Part shown: positions 40,059 to 50,564 of the stretch, piece by piece | How positions within the stretch are numbered: position 1 is the first letter of the stretch | Layout of the letters: the number at the start of each line of letters is the position of its first letter | DNA from: an uncultured bacterium | GTDB lineage: Bacteria; Patescibacteriota; JACMRA01 | Assembly (NCBI GenBank): GCA_963704645.1 | Contig: OY969926.1 | Span: 800,001 to 864,000 of the forward strand | Direction: 5' to 3' | Length of the DNA: 64,000 nt | Made by a program: the position numbers and the translations under genes | Notes under the pieces: model-generated | What the model saw: the letters and a program-made list of their open reading frames with translations, nothing else | Told to the model about the DNA's origin: nothing | The model's database searches: none

Positions 40059-40394
40059 ATGAATTGGGGTCAATTGTTAAACAATAGTATATCTTGGCTA
40101 GAAGAACTTTTTCTCAAGCAATTGGGTTGGAGTTGTTTTATAGTTGGTTTTACTGTTCTGATTGTATGTTTGGCCTTTTCTAACATACCAAAAAATACAG
40201 CGATGATTTTAAGGCCTGCAATTTTTGTAGGGGCCGTTGCCATATGCTACGAATGGGGTCTTAAGTATATAGGCTATGCAACAAGATTTCCAGTGATGTT
40301 TTTAATAGTATTTTTAGCACTGCTAAATGTTTATCAAAGCATATTCACTAATTATCCAAAAAAAACTCAACAAGTTGGCGGAGGCAAAGGTTAA
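40059..40394 (+). CDS. Small orphan membrane protein (about 3 TM)
   Basis: AGGAGG SD; GGCTAT..ATAGCC-T-run terminator. Confidence 0.75.
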   Translation: MNWGQLLNNSISWLEELFLKQLGWSCFIVGFTVLIVCLAFSNIPKNTAMILRPAIFVGAVAICYEWGLKYIGYATRFPVMFLIVFLALLNVYQSIFTNYPKKTQQVGGGKG

Positions 40395-40479
40395 AAAACT
40401 GTGAATTTTGGCTATTTTATATAGCCTTTTTTTTATGGGTAAATGTTTTACTAGAAAGCAATAAAATTTTTAAATAAAA

Positions 40480-40554
40480 TGGTCGGGATGCAGGGAATTG
40501 AACCCTGTACCTCATGCACCCCATGCATGCGCTCCACCGGTAAGCCACACCCCG
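40480..40554 (-). tRNA. tRNA-Pro(GGG)
   Basis: Minus strand CGGGGTG...CATCCCG-ACCA, anticodon loop ATGGGGT. Confidence 0.93.
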
Positions 40555-40598
40555 ATATAAAAATTACAGTGAATTTGAATTAGTTTGGCAAGGCACAG

Positions 40599-41135
40599 CT
40601 AAATTTTTTCCCAGAAACCTGCCGTTACTTCTAATGGTCCTTCCGGGTCTCCAGCTAGGCAAACTTCGCATACAGGAAAAACTTGTCCGGCTGAAAAAGT
40701 TTCAATATAGCCACAATCCATGCACAAATATTCTCCGCTTTCTGCAACAATTTGACCCCACGCCCAATAACCATCTTTGTCTGTGTCGGTTTTATTATAG
40801 TTAAGCTCAAAAGTGTTGGAAACTTCAAGCCAATTATACTTCTTTTCTGGTTTAAGTTTGTGGGTTAAATATTTTGGAACTCCGTTTTCTATGTTCAACC
40901 AAATAATTGCCTCATCTAAAGTTTTGCGGTCTTTTAAATCTTTAATTTGTTGGAAAAACTCTCTCCACTCTGGTAAAATATCGTCTTGCAAATTGTGCCA
41001 ATAACTTCCAAAAGTAGAAGATATAGTGGTTTTAGAAACAAATTCTTGTTGGGTTTTGTAAAACTCACTGTTAAAATCTGATAGGTAAATTACATTTAAT
41101 CCGTCTTTTAATTCAGATAAAGTGGCCAAAGTCAT
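40599..41135 (-). CDS. Protein with C-terminal zinc ribbon
   Basis: G.Y.CMDCG...FP.CEVC. Confidence 0.75.
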   Translation of the reverse strand: MTLATLSELKDGLNVIYLSDFNSEFYKTQQEFVSKTTISSTFGSYWHNLQDDILPEWREFFQQIKDLKDRKTLDEAIIWLNIENGVPKYLTHKLKPEKKYNWLEVSNTFELNYNKTDTDKDGYWAWGQIVAESGEYLCMDCGYIETFSAGQVFPVCEVCLAGDPEGPLEVTAGFWEKI

Positions 41136-41363
41136 AAGCCTATTTTAGTTGTCTACATTGGCTTTGTCAAGACTGAATGACCGTTTTGTTTAGTTTCAAC
41201 GTAATTACTATTTATGACATATACAAGGGTGACAGGCTGGATAGCTCGCGGTTTGTAGGTATGACATGTTTACGACCACTAATATACTGAGACTCCACTA
41301 TATGCTTACAAAGTAATAAGCCGATTCCTTGACTTCACAAATATATTCAACCAGAAACTTGTC

Positions 41364-42875
41364 ATGTCTTTGCCATATTTATTTGGAGTAAAACTTCCAC
41401 AAATTAGCAAAATTAATTTGAAGGCTGAAGTTAGAAATTTGAAGCAGAATAGCAAAACTAGTTTATACTTTTTATATAGCGAATTTTTATTAAGAGCCAA
41501 TCGAAACCCTGCTTATAAAGAGGTTTTAAACAAAGCTAGCATATCAGCTATAGATGGAAAAGGTTTGCATTGGAGCATGTGGAGAGTTATGGGAATTGGT
41601 GTTTTACCTAAGTTGTATTCTAATTTTGTTATAAATTGGCCAATATTTTTTAGGCTTCCAGTTTTTATAATTTTCTTCGGGTTAGAGTTAATTTGGAATT
41701 TAGTAGTTGGGTTGGTAACACTTTTATTAAAAATAAATTATACTTCAAGAACTAGAAACCAAACAATTTTGGGAAGAGATTTTGTTTATGATCTAATTAA
41801 AATAGCTGAAGAAAGAGGCTGGAAAACATTAATATTAGGAGGTAACTCAGCTAGCGATGAAGTAACCAAAAACCTTGTTCAACAAATTTTCCCCAATTTG
41901 AATTTAGTAACCTGGACACGCTCTTCTACATCGCTTTTAATGAAGGATATTCAGCCTAAAATTCCAACAAGGCCATATAATAATTTTGTAGACAGAGTTT
42001 TATCTTTTCTATCTAATAACCAAACTGTTTTAACAAGCAGCAATGTGTGCCAAGTTTTCCCCGATCTATATGAAGCCAAGCTATTTATTAAGCAAGAAAA
42101 GCCAGATTTAATTTTAACTTGTTTAGGTGGGGCAAGTGGAAAGCAAGAATTCTTTATAGATAATTTGTGCAATGACCCCGAGATACAATTTACTTTGGCT
42201 ACAGGAATTGGAGCGGCGGTTGACCATTTAGGTGGCGGTGCTAAACAGACTGAGGCTCCCAAATTTATGCAAAATATTGGGTTGGAATGGTTATTCAGGT
42301 TTTATAGTCAGCCATATAGAAGGCTTAGAATTGTAGATTCTATTGTGACACTTTGGTTTTGGACTACACTTCAAGAATTTATGTTAAATGGTAAGACTAG
42401 AAATACAGTTCACGCAGCACTTCACCGCTCTGATAGTTTATCTAGTAATGTTAAAATTTCTCAAAGCAGTCCTTTCTTGCTGGTGGAAAGGTATAATATT
42501 TTACCAGGTGATACTGGTTGGAGCATGGTTCAAGGTGAAATTGAAAACAAAGAAGATATTGGGCAGGCAGCATTACGTGAAGTTGTTGAGGAAACAAACT
42601 TAATTAAAAAAGATTTAATTTTGGTAGATTCGCCTGTAGATGTTGGTTTAGAATATAGCACTATATCATTTATACGATATCTTTTGTGGGGAGCAAAATA
42701 CAGTTCAACCAGAAACTATGTGCAGTTAATTGAATATATTGGTAGTAATTTACATCCAAAAACCAATTGGGAAAATCAAAGAGCTAAATGGTGGCCAGTG
42801 GCTGATATTACTTCAGTTTTATCTGTAGAAAAAAGAGTTGTTTGGGAAAAATTTATGTGGCAAAGAAGAAGTTAA
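41364..42875 (+). CDS. WecB/TagA/CpsF glycosyltransferase fused to NUDIX hydrolase
   Basis: DG.G, G.D, KQE, GIGAA.D, AP.FMQ.IGLEWLFR...QP.R motifs; C-terminal G.IE..E....AALREVVEET NUDIX box. Confidence 0.88.
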   Translation: MSLPYLFGVKLPQISKINLKAEVRNLKQNSKTSLYFLYSEFLLRANRNPAYKEVLNKASISAIDGKGLHWSMWRVMGIGVLPKLYSNFVINWPIFFRLPVFIIFFGLELIWNLVVGLVTLLLKINYTSRTRNQTILGRDFVYDLIKIAEERGWKTLILGGNSASDEVTKNLVQQIFPNLNLVTWTRSSTSLLMKDIQPKIPTRPYNNFVDRVLSFLSNNQTVLTSSNVCQVFPDLYEAKLFIKQEKPDLILTCLGGASGKQEFFIDNLCNDPEIQFTLATGIGAAVDHLGGGAKQTEAPKFMQNIGLEWLFRFYSQPYRRLRIVDSIVTLWFWTTLQEFMLNGKTRNTVHAALHRSDSLSSNVKISQSSPFLLVERYNILPGDTGWSMVQGEIENKEDIGQAALREVVEETNLIKKDLILVDSPVDVGLEYSTISFIRYLLWGAKYSSTRNYVQLIEYIGSNLHPKTNWENQRAKWWPVADITSVLSVEKRVVWEKFMWQRRS

Positions 42876-42937
42876 AAGTTTAGAAGAGGTAAATTGCTTG
42901 ACAAACCATGTCTTTGGCCTAAGATTTAAAGGAGTTT

Positions 42938-43014
42938 GCAGCCGTAGCTCAGCGGATTAGAGCGTCTGGTTGCGGTCCAGAAGGTCGCAGGTTCGATCCC
43001 TGCCGGTTGCACCA
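42938..43014 (+). tRNA. tRNA-Arg(GCG)
   Basis: GCAGCCG/CGGTTGC acceptor stem, TCTGG-TTGCGGT-CCAGA anticodon arm, encoded CCA. Confidence 0.95.
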
Positions 43015-43048
43015 AATTTTTAATTATAAACACCATATATTGTTTTCC

Positions 43049-44323
43049 ATGTTGTCTATTAATTACAATCCGAAAAAGTTATGGAGTTCCAAAAACAAAA
43101 AAAACAAATTCCCAAGCAGCACAAATCAAGATAACAACTCTAAATATCTTCCAAAAAAGAAAAGTAGATTTGAATTTAATTTTTTTAAAAACATTTTGAG
43201 AGCTAAAACAAACCTTAAATCAGATTTAGGTTCTATCTTAAGCCCCAAGGCTAAGAAGTTTTCAAGTTCTAACAACAAACAGAGCTACCCAATTTCTGGT
43301 CAATCTAGCAATATGAAGGTATTTGCCCCTAAAGCTTTACCAGACAATATTGTAGCTAAAGTAATTCCAGCAAGAAAAAGTAAATTTAGTTTTGGGTTTA
43401 AACCTGTAAAAAAACTTCAGGAAAGTTTGCATCCCAGAACTTTTTTTGGCTTCATGGCTTCATGGCAAAAAGAGTTTAAATTGTGGCTGGCTAAAATTCA
43501 GCTTATACCTAGGTTAAACCAATTAATATGGTTAGGTAGCTTAATAGTATTTTTAATGTTTTTCGTTTACCTATGCTTATTCGATACAACTTTTATTGTT
43601 AAAAATTACGAAATTAGATTTGCAAAAGGTTCGTATTTATCTGCAACTGATATGGCTAAAATTATAGAATCTTCTAAAAATTCTAAGCTTCTGGGAATTA
43701 TTCCTAACAATCAATATTGGTTTTTAAATAGCCAAAATTTAACTACAGTTTTTAGTAAGAATCAGAAAGAAATAAGGGATGTGAAAGTAATAGACAGAGT
43801 GTGGCCCAACAGCGCAATTTTAGAAATTACAACCGAGCCAATTTTGCTAACCTTAGGAATTAACAACGGAGAATATTGGAGAATTAGCCAATCTGGCGAA
43901 GTTTTAAGCAAAGACGATTCAGGATTAAGGGAAAAACTTGTTACTGTAGACAGACCCATTTCCTTAAATAAAAGCGGAGTTACCTTACAAAACTATTCTT
44001 TTCAAGACGATTTACCCCAGCTGAACCGATTTTGGTTTATAAACTGGCTATGGAAATTAATGGATTTACTAAATTATAAAGTAATTAGCACAACTCTGCC
44101 CAGTTTGTTTGATACAGACGTTATTCTTACCCTAGATTCTGGCACTAAATTGTATTTTGATTCCACGTCACTTGCCCAAGAATCTCAGAAGAAGAGAGTG
44201 GAAACAGTTTTGGATAGTAAATATAGAACTGAAATTAACTTGGGCGAAATTAATTACTTCGATTTTAGAATTTCAAGAAAAGTCTATATTTGCTTGCAGA
44301 ATAGAGAGTGCACTTCTAATTAA
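43049..44323 (+). CDS. FtsQ/DivIB-like cell division protein
   Basis: Long basic N-terminus, single TM, POTRA-like V...V.R.WP...I.I.E, C-terminal Y.D.R. Start moved to ATG 43049 to avoid the tRNA overlap. Confidence 0.72.
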   Translation: MLSINYNPKKLWSSKNKKNKFPSSTNQDNNSKYLPKKKSRFEFNFFKNILRAKTNLKSDLGSILSPKAKKFSSSNNKQSYPISGQSSNMKVFAPKALPDNIVAKVIPARKSKFSFGFKPVKKLQESLHPRTFFGFMASWQKEFKLWLAKIQLIPRLNQLIWLGSLIVFLMFFVYLCLFDTTFIVKNYEIRFAKGSYLSATDMAKIIESSKNSKLLGIIPNNQYWFLNSQNLTTVFSKNQKEIRDVKVIDRVWPNSAILEITTEPILLTLGINNGEYWRISQSGEVLSKDDSGLREKLVTVDRPISLNKSGVTLQNYSFQDDLPQLNRFWFINWLWKLMDLLNYKVISTTLPSLFDTDVILTLDSGTKLYFDSTSLAQESQKKRVETVLDSKYRTEINLGEINYFDFRISRKVYICLQNRECTSN

Positions 44324-44437
44324 CGCATCTTTAATTGGAACACAACCGTTATTAATTTACAATACTTTTTACTTGGGGTATATTCGAACTGATGTTAAAA
44401 CTTATTCGGTTTTTAACTAGAAAAATTGTACAACTTT

Positions 44438-46510
44438 ATGTCTAAAATTTTATGTGTGCTAGATGGTTTTGGTTTACTTCCTACATCTAAAAATAATGCT
44501 ACAGGTCTGGCCCAAATGCCAAATTTCAAATATCTTTTAAACAATTATTTCTGGACTACTTTAAATGCAGACGGGGTAAGTGTAGGTCAAGAAGCTGGGC
44601 TGGTTGGCAATAGCGAAGTTGGTCATATGAACATTGGCGGGTTAAAATTGGTTCCACAATTAAGTTATCAAATTACTGGTTCTGCAGAAAGTGGATATTT
44701 ATTAAATAAGGAAATTACTCCTAATCAGCTGTTTAGCCCACAAGATTTTTTGGGTAAGTTGTGGAGTTCCTCCCCAACGCACATTGCCGATGGAGATCAT
44801 GGGGTCTCGGCTACAACAGATAAATCGAAAACAATTCATTTGGTTGGTTTATTTTCTACGGGTTCAATTCATTCTGATTTACGACACTGGGCTGGTTCAA
44901 TTGAAGCTGCAGGGAAGGCTGGGGGGGAAAAAATTGTTTTACATATAATTTCAGATGGGCGAGATTCTGACCGACAAAGTTTAGGGGCTACTTGGGAGTA
45001 TTTTATAAATAAATTTGAAAGTCAGTTACAGCCTTATCAACACAAATTGTTTCTAGGTTCTGTTGGTGGACGTTTTTATTCTATGGATAGAGACAACAAT
45101 TGGGGTAGGGTGGCTAGGGGAATTATGCCAATGTTTGAGTATAAAGCTTTTGATAAAGAAGACGAAGGCAATTTTACTTTATTCAAAAAACATATTCTAG
45201 CTAAATACGAAGTTAATTTAGATCAAATTTTAGAAAGTGAAAAGCAAAGTTTGGAGAAAGACAATAGGCATTTTGAAACAGAAGAAGAGTATCAAGAGTT
45301 TGGCTATAAGAATTTTCATGTTTTCACAGAGCAGCATTTTTATACTTTCAATCCAGATAAAGCAGAGAGACTTGCTAACGGTCCTTTGAAAACTGATATA
45401 AAATGGATGCTTGAGTTTTATTCTAAAAAAAATTATAATAAGGAAATTTACGACGAATTTATTTTGCCTTGCAGCTGGTATTATCTACCAGTAAGTTTTA
45501 AGACTAGGCCTTTTTCTGGAATTTCAAAGAATGATACCGTTTGGCTACTTAATTTCCGTACAGATAGAATGAAGCAGTTTGCCTCAATGTTGTGTGATTT
45601 AAATCAGGAATTTAAACTAAATTTAACCATTCTTTCCAATAATAGTTACGGCATTAAACAAGAAATATTTTTAGACGAAAACCTAAACAAATCGGAAAAT
45701 ATTATTCCTAAAGATTTTAATATTGAAACTTATAAGGAAGGTGGTTATTATCCTATTTTTAAGAATAAACCTGTTAAATCAACGTTAGCTGAATACATTA
45801 GTAAGCAGGGTCAAACTCAGTTACATATAGCCGAGACTGAAAAATTTAACCATGTTACTTACTTTATGAATGGTGGGCAAAGCAAAAAATGGGAGGGTGA
45901 AGATTGGGTTGTAATAGATTCTAATAAGGTTAACAGCCATGCTGAAAAACCAGAAATGAAAGCCAAAGAAGTAACTGATTACATTTTAGAAAGCGGCATT
46001 GGAAAATATGATTATATCTTAGTGAATTACGCTAATCCAGACATGATTGGCCATACTGGAAACATTGAAGCAGCAATTAAAACAATGGAAGTAGTAGATG
46101 AACAATTAGGTAGATTAATTGAAGCCTGCGAAAGCGGTGGCCACAGTTTAATAATTACAGCAGATCATGGTAATGTAGAAAAAGTTGGTAACTTTGAAGA
46201 CAACCAAGGGCATAATTTAATTGATACAGAGCACAATTCAAGCTCGGTGCCGTTAATTGTGTTAAGCCCAAATTGGAAAACGAAATCTGAAAATATTGTT
46301 GGTTTAAATAGCCAATTTATTGAAGAAATTTTAGCTAAGGCAGCTAGCCTGGAAAAAGAAAAAATTCATGCTGATTCAGAAAAACTAGGTTTGGTTTTAA
46401 ATCAGACAAACTTGGTAAATTTATCCAATAATGAATGGCTAGATAGAAACCAAATTCCAACCCCTGTTCTTCCGCTTTGGTATGCTGGCTTATTAGTACT
46501 AATCAGCTAA
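44438..46510 (+). CDS. gpmI: 2,3-bisphosphoglycerate-independent phosphoglycerate mutase, with insertions
   Basis: LDGFG, GNSEVGH, DGRD, GRFYSMDRD, NFR.DR, AETEK..HVTYF, N.ANPDM.GHTG and TADHGN motifs. Confidence 0.93.
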   Translation: MSKILCVLDGFGLLPTSKNNATGLAQMPNFKYLLNNYFWTTLNADGVSVGQEAGLVGNSEVGHMNIGGLKLVPQLSYQITGSAESGYLLNKEITPNQLFSPQDFLGKLWSSSPTHIADGDHGVSATTDKSKTIHLVGLFSTGSIHSDLRHWAGSIEAAGKAGGEKIVLHIISDGRDSDRQSLGATWEYFINKFESQLQPYQHKLFLGSVGGRFYSMDRDNNWGRVARGIMPMFEYKAFDKEDEGNFTLFKKHILAKYEVNLDQILESEKQSLEKDNRHFETEEEYQEFGYKNFHVFTEQHFYTFNPDKAERLANGPLKTDIKWMLEFYSKKNYNKEIYDEFILPCSWYYLPVSFKTRPFSGISKNDTVWLLNFRTDRMKQFASMLCDLNQEFKLNLTILSNNSYGIKQEIFLDENLNKSENIIPKDFNIETYKEGGYYPIFKNKPVKSTLAEYISKQGQTQLHIAETEKFNHVTYFMNGGQSKKWEGEDWVVIDSNKVNSHAEKPEMKAKEVTDYILESGIGKYDYILVNYANPDMIGHTGNIEAAIKTMEVVDEQLGRLIEACESGGHSLIITADHGNVEKVGNFEDNQGHNLIDTEHNSSSVPLIVLSPNWKTKSENIVGLNSQFIEEILAKAASLEKEKIHADSEKLGLVLNQTNLVNLSNNEWLDRNQIPTPVLPLWYAGLLVLIS

Positions 46511-46520
46511 AATTTATTGT

Positions 46521-47147
46521 TTATTGTCTTAAGGCTTCTTTTATTGCTTGGGCATTAAGTAAGGCTGCAGTTTGCAAATTGGTTTGCTGATCTTTTTGGA
46601 ACAAAGCCATAACTTGTGTTGAAACATATGAAGGATTCGGTACATTTTCAAACACAAAACCACTTACTTTACCGTCTGCACTTTCGCCAGAACTTCCAGC
46701 AGTTTGAACCACAACGTTACCAAAGTTTAGCAAAGTTCCCCAAAAACCATTTTTCTTGTAACTAACGTCTTCAATATTGGCTATGCTTAAAGTGTTAACT
46801 TCCCTGTTAAACAATCCTTTTTGGTCTACATCAATAACTCTTTCCGAGGTTACTATTTGAATAGATAAATAATAATTGTGAAAAATAATACTAAAAATTA
46901 ATATTAAAATTGCATTTATAGAAAATAAAAATACATCAAAAAGTGCCATTCCACCTTTATCTAAAAAGCCAAGCAAAACAGCTCTTGCTGCCAGCATTAC
47001 TAGAAAAACTAAAAATAATCCTATGGCTTTGGTTACTATAATTACTAAATCTTCTCTAACTACTAAAACTAGATCTTCGTCATTTTTTACTTTATCTGGA
47101 AGGCCAGGTTTATTCCAAATTAATTCGTCAAAATTAGTTTCTTTCAT
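46521..47147 (-). CDS. Membrane-flanked bacterial PH-domain protein
   Basis: Two TM segments, then VT.ERVIDVDQ.GLF.R...I.DV...G...N.G.V.VQTAG. Confidence 0.82.
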   Translation of the reverse strand: MKETNFDELIWNKPGLPDKVKNDEDLVLVVREDLVIIVTKAIGLFLVFLVMLAARAVLLGFLDKGGMALFDVFLFSINAILILIFSIIFHNYYLSIQIVTSERVIDVDQKGLFNREVNTLSIANIEDVSYKKNGFWGTLLNFGNVVVQTAGSSGESADGKVSGFVFENVPNPSYVSTQVMALFQKDQQTNLQTAALLNAQAIKEALRQ

Positions 47148-47239
47148 ATTCTATAAAAGTTATATTTTACGCCGAATGTCAATTTTGGATTATTCTTAAA
47201 GATTTTGACATTAAAACAATAAATAATCAGGTTTCAAGC

Positions 47240-48439
47240 ATGGAAAATAATAATACTGATGTTGCTTTAGAAAGTGGAAATCAAACAAATACTCTTAAAT
47301 TGCTTAACAGACGATTGGTAATTTTTGAGGTTTTAACTTTGGTTTTAATAATTGCTGTTGGTTTTTTTGCGGTAGATAAGTTTTATCCTGCCGAAATTAA
47401 TAGACAGACAGCTAACAGAAAGCAAGAAATTTTGAATATTATTAAAAACAACTATAAAGGTGATGTTTCAACTGCTGCTGAGCAGTCTAATGGTGAGCTT
47501 GCTGGCTTGGTTGCATCTTTAAAAGACCCATATTCAGATTTTATTCCTAAAGATAAAATTAACGATTTTCAAAATGGCCTAAACGAAAAATACAGCGGAA
47601 TTGGAATTAGGTTTAGTCGTGAAAATAGCAGGGTTTTTGTAACTCAAGTTTTTAAAAATGGCCCTGCAAGTTTGGCTGGAATTAATATTGGCAACGAACT
47701 TTTAAAAGTAGAAGACAAAGAAATTAAAAATTTAAACAATGACCAACTAGCTAATTTCATTAGAGGTGAAGAAAACAGCACTGTAAATATTACTATTTCA
47801 ACTTCCCCCAAAGACCAGCCTGCAGTGGAAAAAAAGATTACTTTAACCAGAAAAAATGTTCAGTCAGATTTAGTAAGTCTGGAAGTTAAAGATGATGTGG
47901 GTGTAATTAGTATTACTTCTTTCGGAGATGCCACTGGTTTTAAAATGGGAGAAATTGCTAAAGAGATAAGGAGTAATTCCAACATTAAAAAACTGGTATT
48001 AGACTTAAGAAGTAATACAGGTGGTTTGTTAGACCAATCAACAATAGTTGCAAGTTACTTTCTGCCAGAAAATAGTATGTTTGTAAAAGAAAACTATAAA
48101 AATACTACAAAAGAGGAGCGAACAAAAAAGGTTGAAAATAGTTTAGTAAATTACCCGGTAATTGTTGCTGTAGATCAAAGCTCGGCTTCCGCTAGCGAAA
48201 TTTTAGCAGCATCTCTGCGAGACTATAGAAATGTAAAGCTAGTAGGACAAAAAACTTATGGAAAAGGAGTCGTTCAGCAAATTTTTACTTTGAGTAGTGG
48301 AGACTTACTAAAAATTACCATTGCAGAGTGGTTGTCGCCAAAGGGTGAAAAAATTAATGGTAAAGGCTTGGAGCCAGATATTTCTGTAGATATTGATAAA
48401 AACACTATAGATAAAGCAGTGGAAGAAATTAATAAATAA
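47240..48439 (+). CDS. S41 family carboxy-terminal processing protease
   Basis: DPYS, GIG PDZ, LDLR.N.GG, SASASE and GKG.VQ motifs. Confidence 0.94.
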   Translation: MENNNTDVALESGNQTNTLKLLNRRLVIFEVLTLVLIIAVGFFAVDKFYPAEINRQTANRKQEILNIIKNNYKGDVSTAAEQSNGELAGLVASLKDPYSDFIPKDKINDFQNGLNEKYSGIGIRFSRENSRVFVTQVFKNGPASLAGINIGNELLKVEDKEIKNLNNDQLANFIRGEENSTVNITISTSPKDQPAVEKKITLTRKNVQSDLVSLEVKDDVGVISITSFGDATGFKMGEIAKEIRSNSNIKKLVLDLRSNTGGLLDQSTIVASYFLPENSMFVKENYKNTTKEERTKKVENSLVNYPVIVAVDQSSASASEILAASLRDYRNVKLVGQKTYGKGVVQQIFTLSSGDLLKITIAEWLSPKGEKINGKGLEPDISVDIDKNTIDKAVEEINK

Positions 48440-48451
48440 CAGTCATTTTAA

Positions 48452-49738
48452 ATGCCTAAATTGGCAATAGATTTAAGAAGTTTAAATTATCCTGTTAGAA
48501 CTGGAGTAAACATTTATTTCCTTAATGTGTTAAAAGTGCTATCTGAAATTAAGCAGAAGCAACCAAATATAGAAGTCACAGGCTTTGGTTTACAGCAGCC
48601 TAATTTGGCAAATTTAGAGAAAGAATTTTGGTGGTGGAAGCCATTGTTTAATAATTACATTCATTCTAAAAATATCTGGGCTGCTAAAATTATTCAAACC
48701 ATTTATTTAGTATTAAATTTATTTGGAATTGTAAGAATTAGTTCGAACTCATTTTTATCTTATTTTGGTATACCTAATAATGCTACTCATTTTTTTCAAC
48801 CTCAAATTAAAAGTATTATAATTCCAAAAACTTCTAATTGGTTAATTGCTACCCACGACTTTTTTTATTTACAAATTCCAGATTGGTCTAATTGGTTGAA
48901 AAGACCTAATGAATTAAAACTGTTGGCTAATAATTTGTTGAATCAATGTAACCAAGTCTGGGCTAATTCTATTTCAACAACTAATCAGATTAAGCAATTT
49001 TTTCCATCAACTAAAAAAGATAAAATTAAACTAGTTTACTTAGCCAGTTCAAATTATTATACGAAATCAATTGTAAATAATGATAATCGAAACAATTTAA
49101 AAACCTCTAATTCCATTAATTCTACAAACCTTGAAGACTCTTATTCTAAGCGTCAGGAATTCAAATCAAATCAGACTTTAATTATAAATAGAGAGGTGGA
49201 AGATGGGAAATATTTTATTGCTTTAGCTGGAATAGAACCTAGAAAAAATTGGTATAATTTACTGCAAGCATGGAAGATTTTGGAAGGGAAAAGCAGCTGG
49301 AATTACCGACTTGTTTTAGCTGGAAGAATTGTTGATAAAAAATATTATTTAGACTTATTAAATTTAATTGAACAATTTGATTTGAAGAACATTATTTGGA
49401 AATTAGATATTTCTGAGTTAGAAAAAACAGAACTTCTGAAAAATTCTATAGCTTTAGTTTACCCCTCGTTATTTGAAGGCTTTGGTTTCCCTATTCTAGA
49501 AAGTTGGGAGAATAATGTTTCAGTAATAGTAGGAAATATGGGTAGTAGTATGGAAATAGGGCAGGGGGCAGTTTTAGCGGTGAACCCCCTAGATATTGAA
49601 GATATAGCTGCTGCTATGGAAATTTTAGTAGAAGATGAGGTTTTTAGAAAAGAATTAATTGCTAAAGGATCAGTTCGTCTTAAAGATTTTTCTTGGGAGG
49701 AGTACAAAGTAAAATTGGAAGAGTGGTTAGGGTTGTAA
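48452..49738 (+). CDS. Glycosyltransferase family 4
   Basis: HD, G.IEPRKN and YPSLFEGFGFPILE motifs. Confidence 0.92.
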   Translation: MPKLAIDLRSLNYPVRTGVNIYFLNVLKVLSEIKQKQPNIEVTGFGLQQPNLANLEKEFWWWKPLFNNYIHSKNIWAAKIIQTIYLVLNLFGIVRISSNSFLSYFGIPNNATHFFQPQIKSIIIPKTSNWLIATHDFFYLQIPDWSNWLKRPNELKLLANNLLNQCNQVWANSISTTNQIKQFFPSTKKDKIKLVYLASSNYYTKSIVNNDNRNNLKTSNSINSTNLEDSYSKRQEFKSNQTLIINREVEDGKYFIALAGIEPRKNWYNLLQAWKILEGKSSWNYRLVLAGRIVDKKYYLDLLNLIEQFDLKNIIWKLDISELEKTELLKNSIALVYPSLFEGFGFPILESWENNVSVIVGNMGSSMEIGQGAVLAVNPLDIEDIAAAMEILVEDEVFRKELIAKGSVRLKDFSWEEYKVKLEEWLGL

Positions 49739-49901
49739 ATTATTTCAAGTATAAACTTTCTGGGGGAAGATATGTATTATTTCACAGGATTAATGAAAGA
49801 AAACAGGAGTTGCAAACCTCATCTTTCTCGCACCTAGCTACCTCCAAGCCTGACGGCCTGGCTCCTCTTGCTAGGTCTACTTTCCATCTCATTAACTCTT
49901 G

Positions 49902-50564
49902 CAATTTTGCCCAAAACAAAAAAACAAAATACACTAACAAGCATAAGCAGAAAATATACTCTTCTGTGTGTATTTAAAAAAACAAAAACAAAATATGAAC
50001 CAAAAAAAATCTTTGAAAAAAGACACTAATCTAAATTCCTTCTTCCAATCAAAAAAAGGTAAATATTCTTTAGTCTCAGTATTAGCACTTTCTGTACTTC
50101 TTATCTCAGGATTATTTACATATAACCTATTAAAACAAGATTCTGATACAGCCAAAGCAGCAAATACAGCAGCAACTGCTTTTAACCCCTCAGACTGTGC
50201 AACTTATACATCTAATGGAGGAACAAATACAGCAGGAGTATGTTTTGTAAAAATGTATGAAAAGAACGGACAATTATATAGAAGTTTAGATATTGCTCCA
50301 GGAGAATTAGTTAATGTAAGAAACTATTATAATAATACAACTACAGCATCTGTAACAGCAGCTAACATTACAGATAGTATGCCAGCCAACTTCACAAGAG
50401 TAGGAGCAGTAACAAATAGTTATGTAGACGCTACTCCAGTAACACTAAACAATAATGTATTTACAGGACAGAACCTTTCTGTAGCACCAGGTGCTGGATA
50501 CTTTGGTTATGCTGCAGACAATACTCTTACTTCTTCTAATTTGGAGTTGGGGAAGAAGAGGTAT
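49902..50564 (+). repeat. 663-bp block, inverted copy of 2566..3228
   Basis: Ungapped near-identity. Confidence 0.95.

Noticed and set aside
34766-40480. tRNA-anchored genomic island or prophage
   Set aside because: No integrase, no duplicated tRNA 3' end seen, and core genes (rsmI, ABC-F) lie inside.
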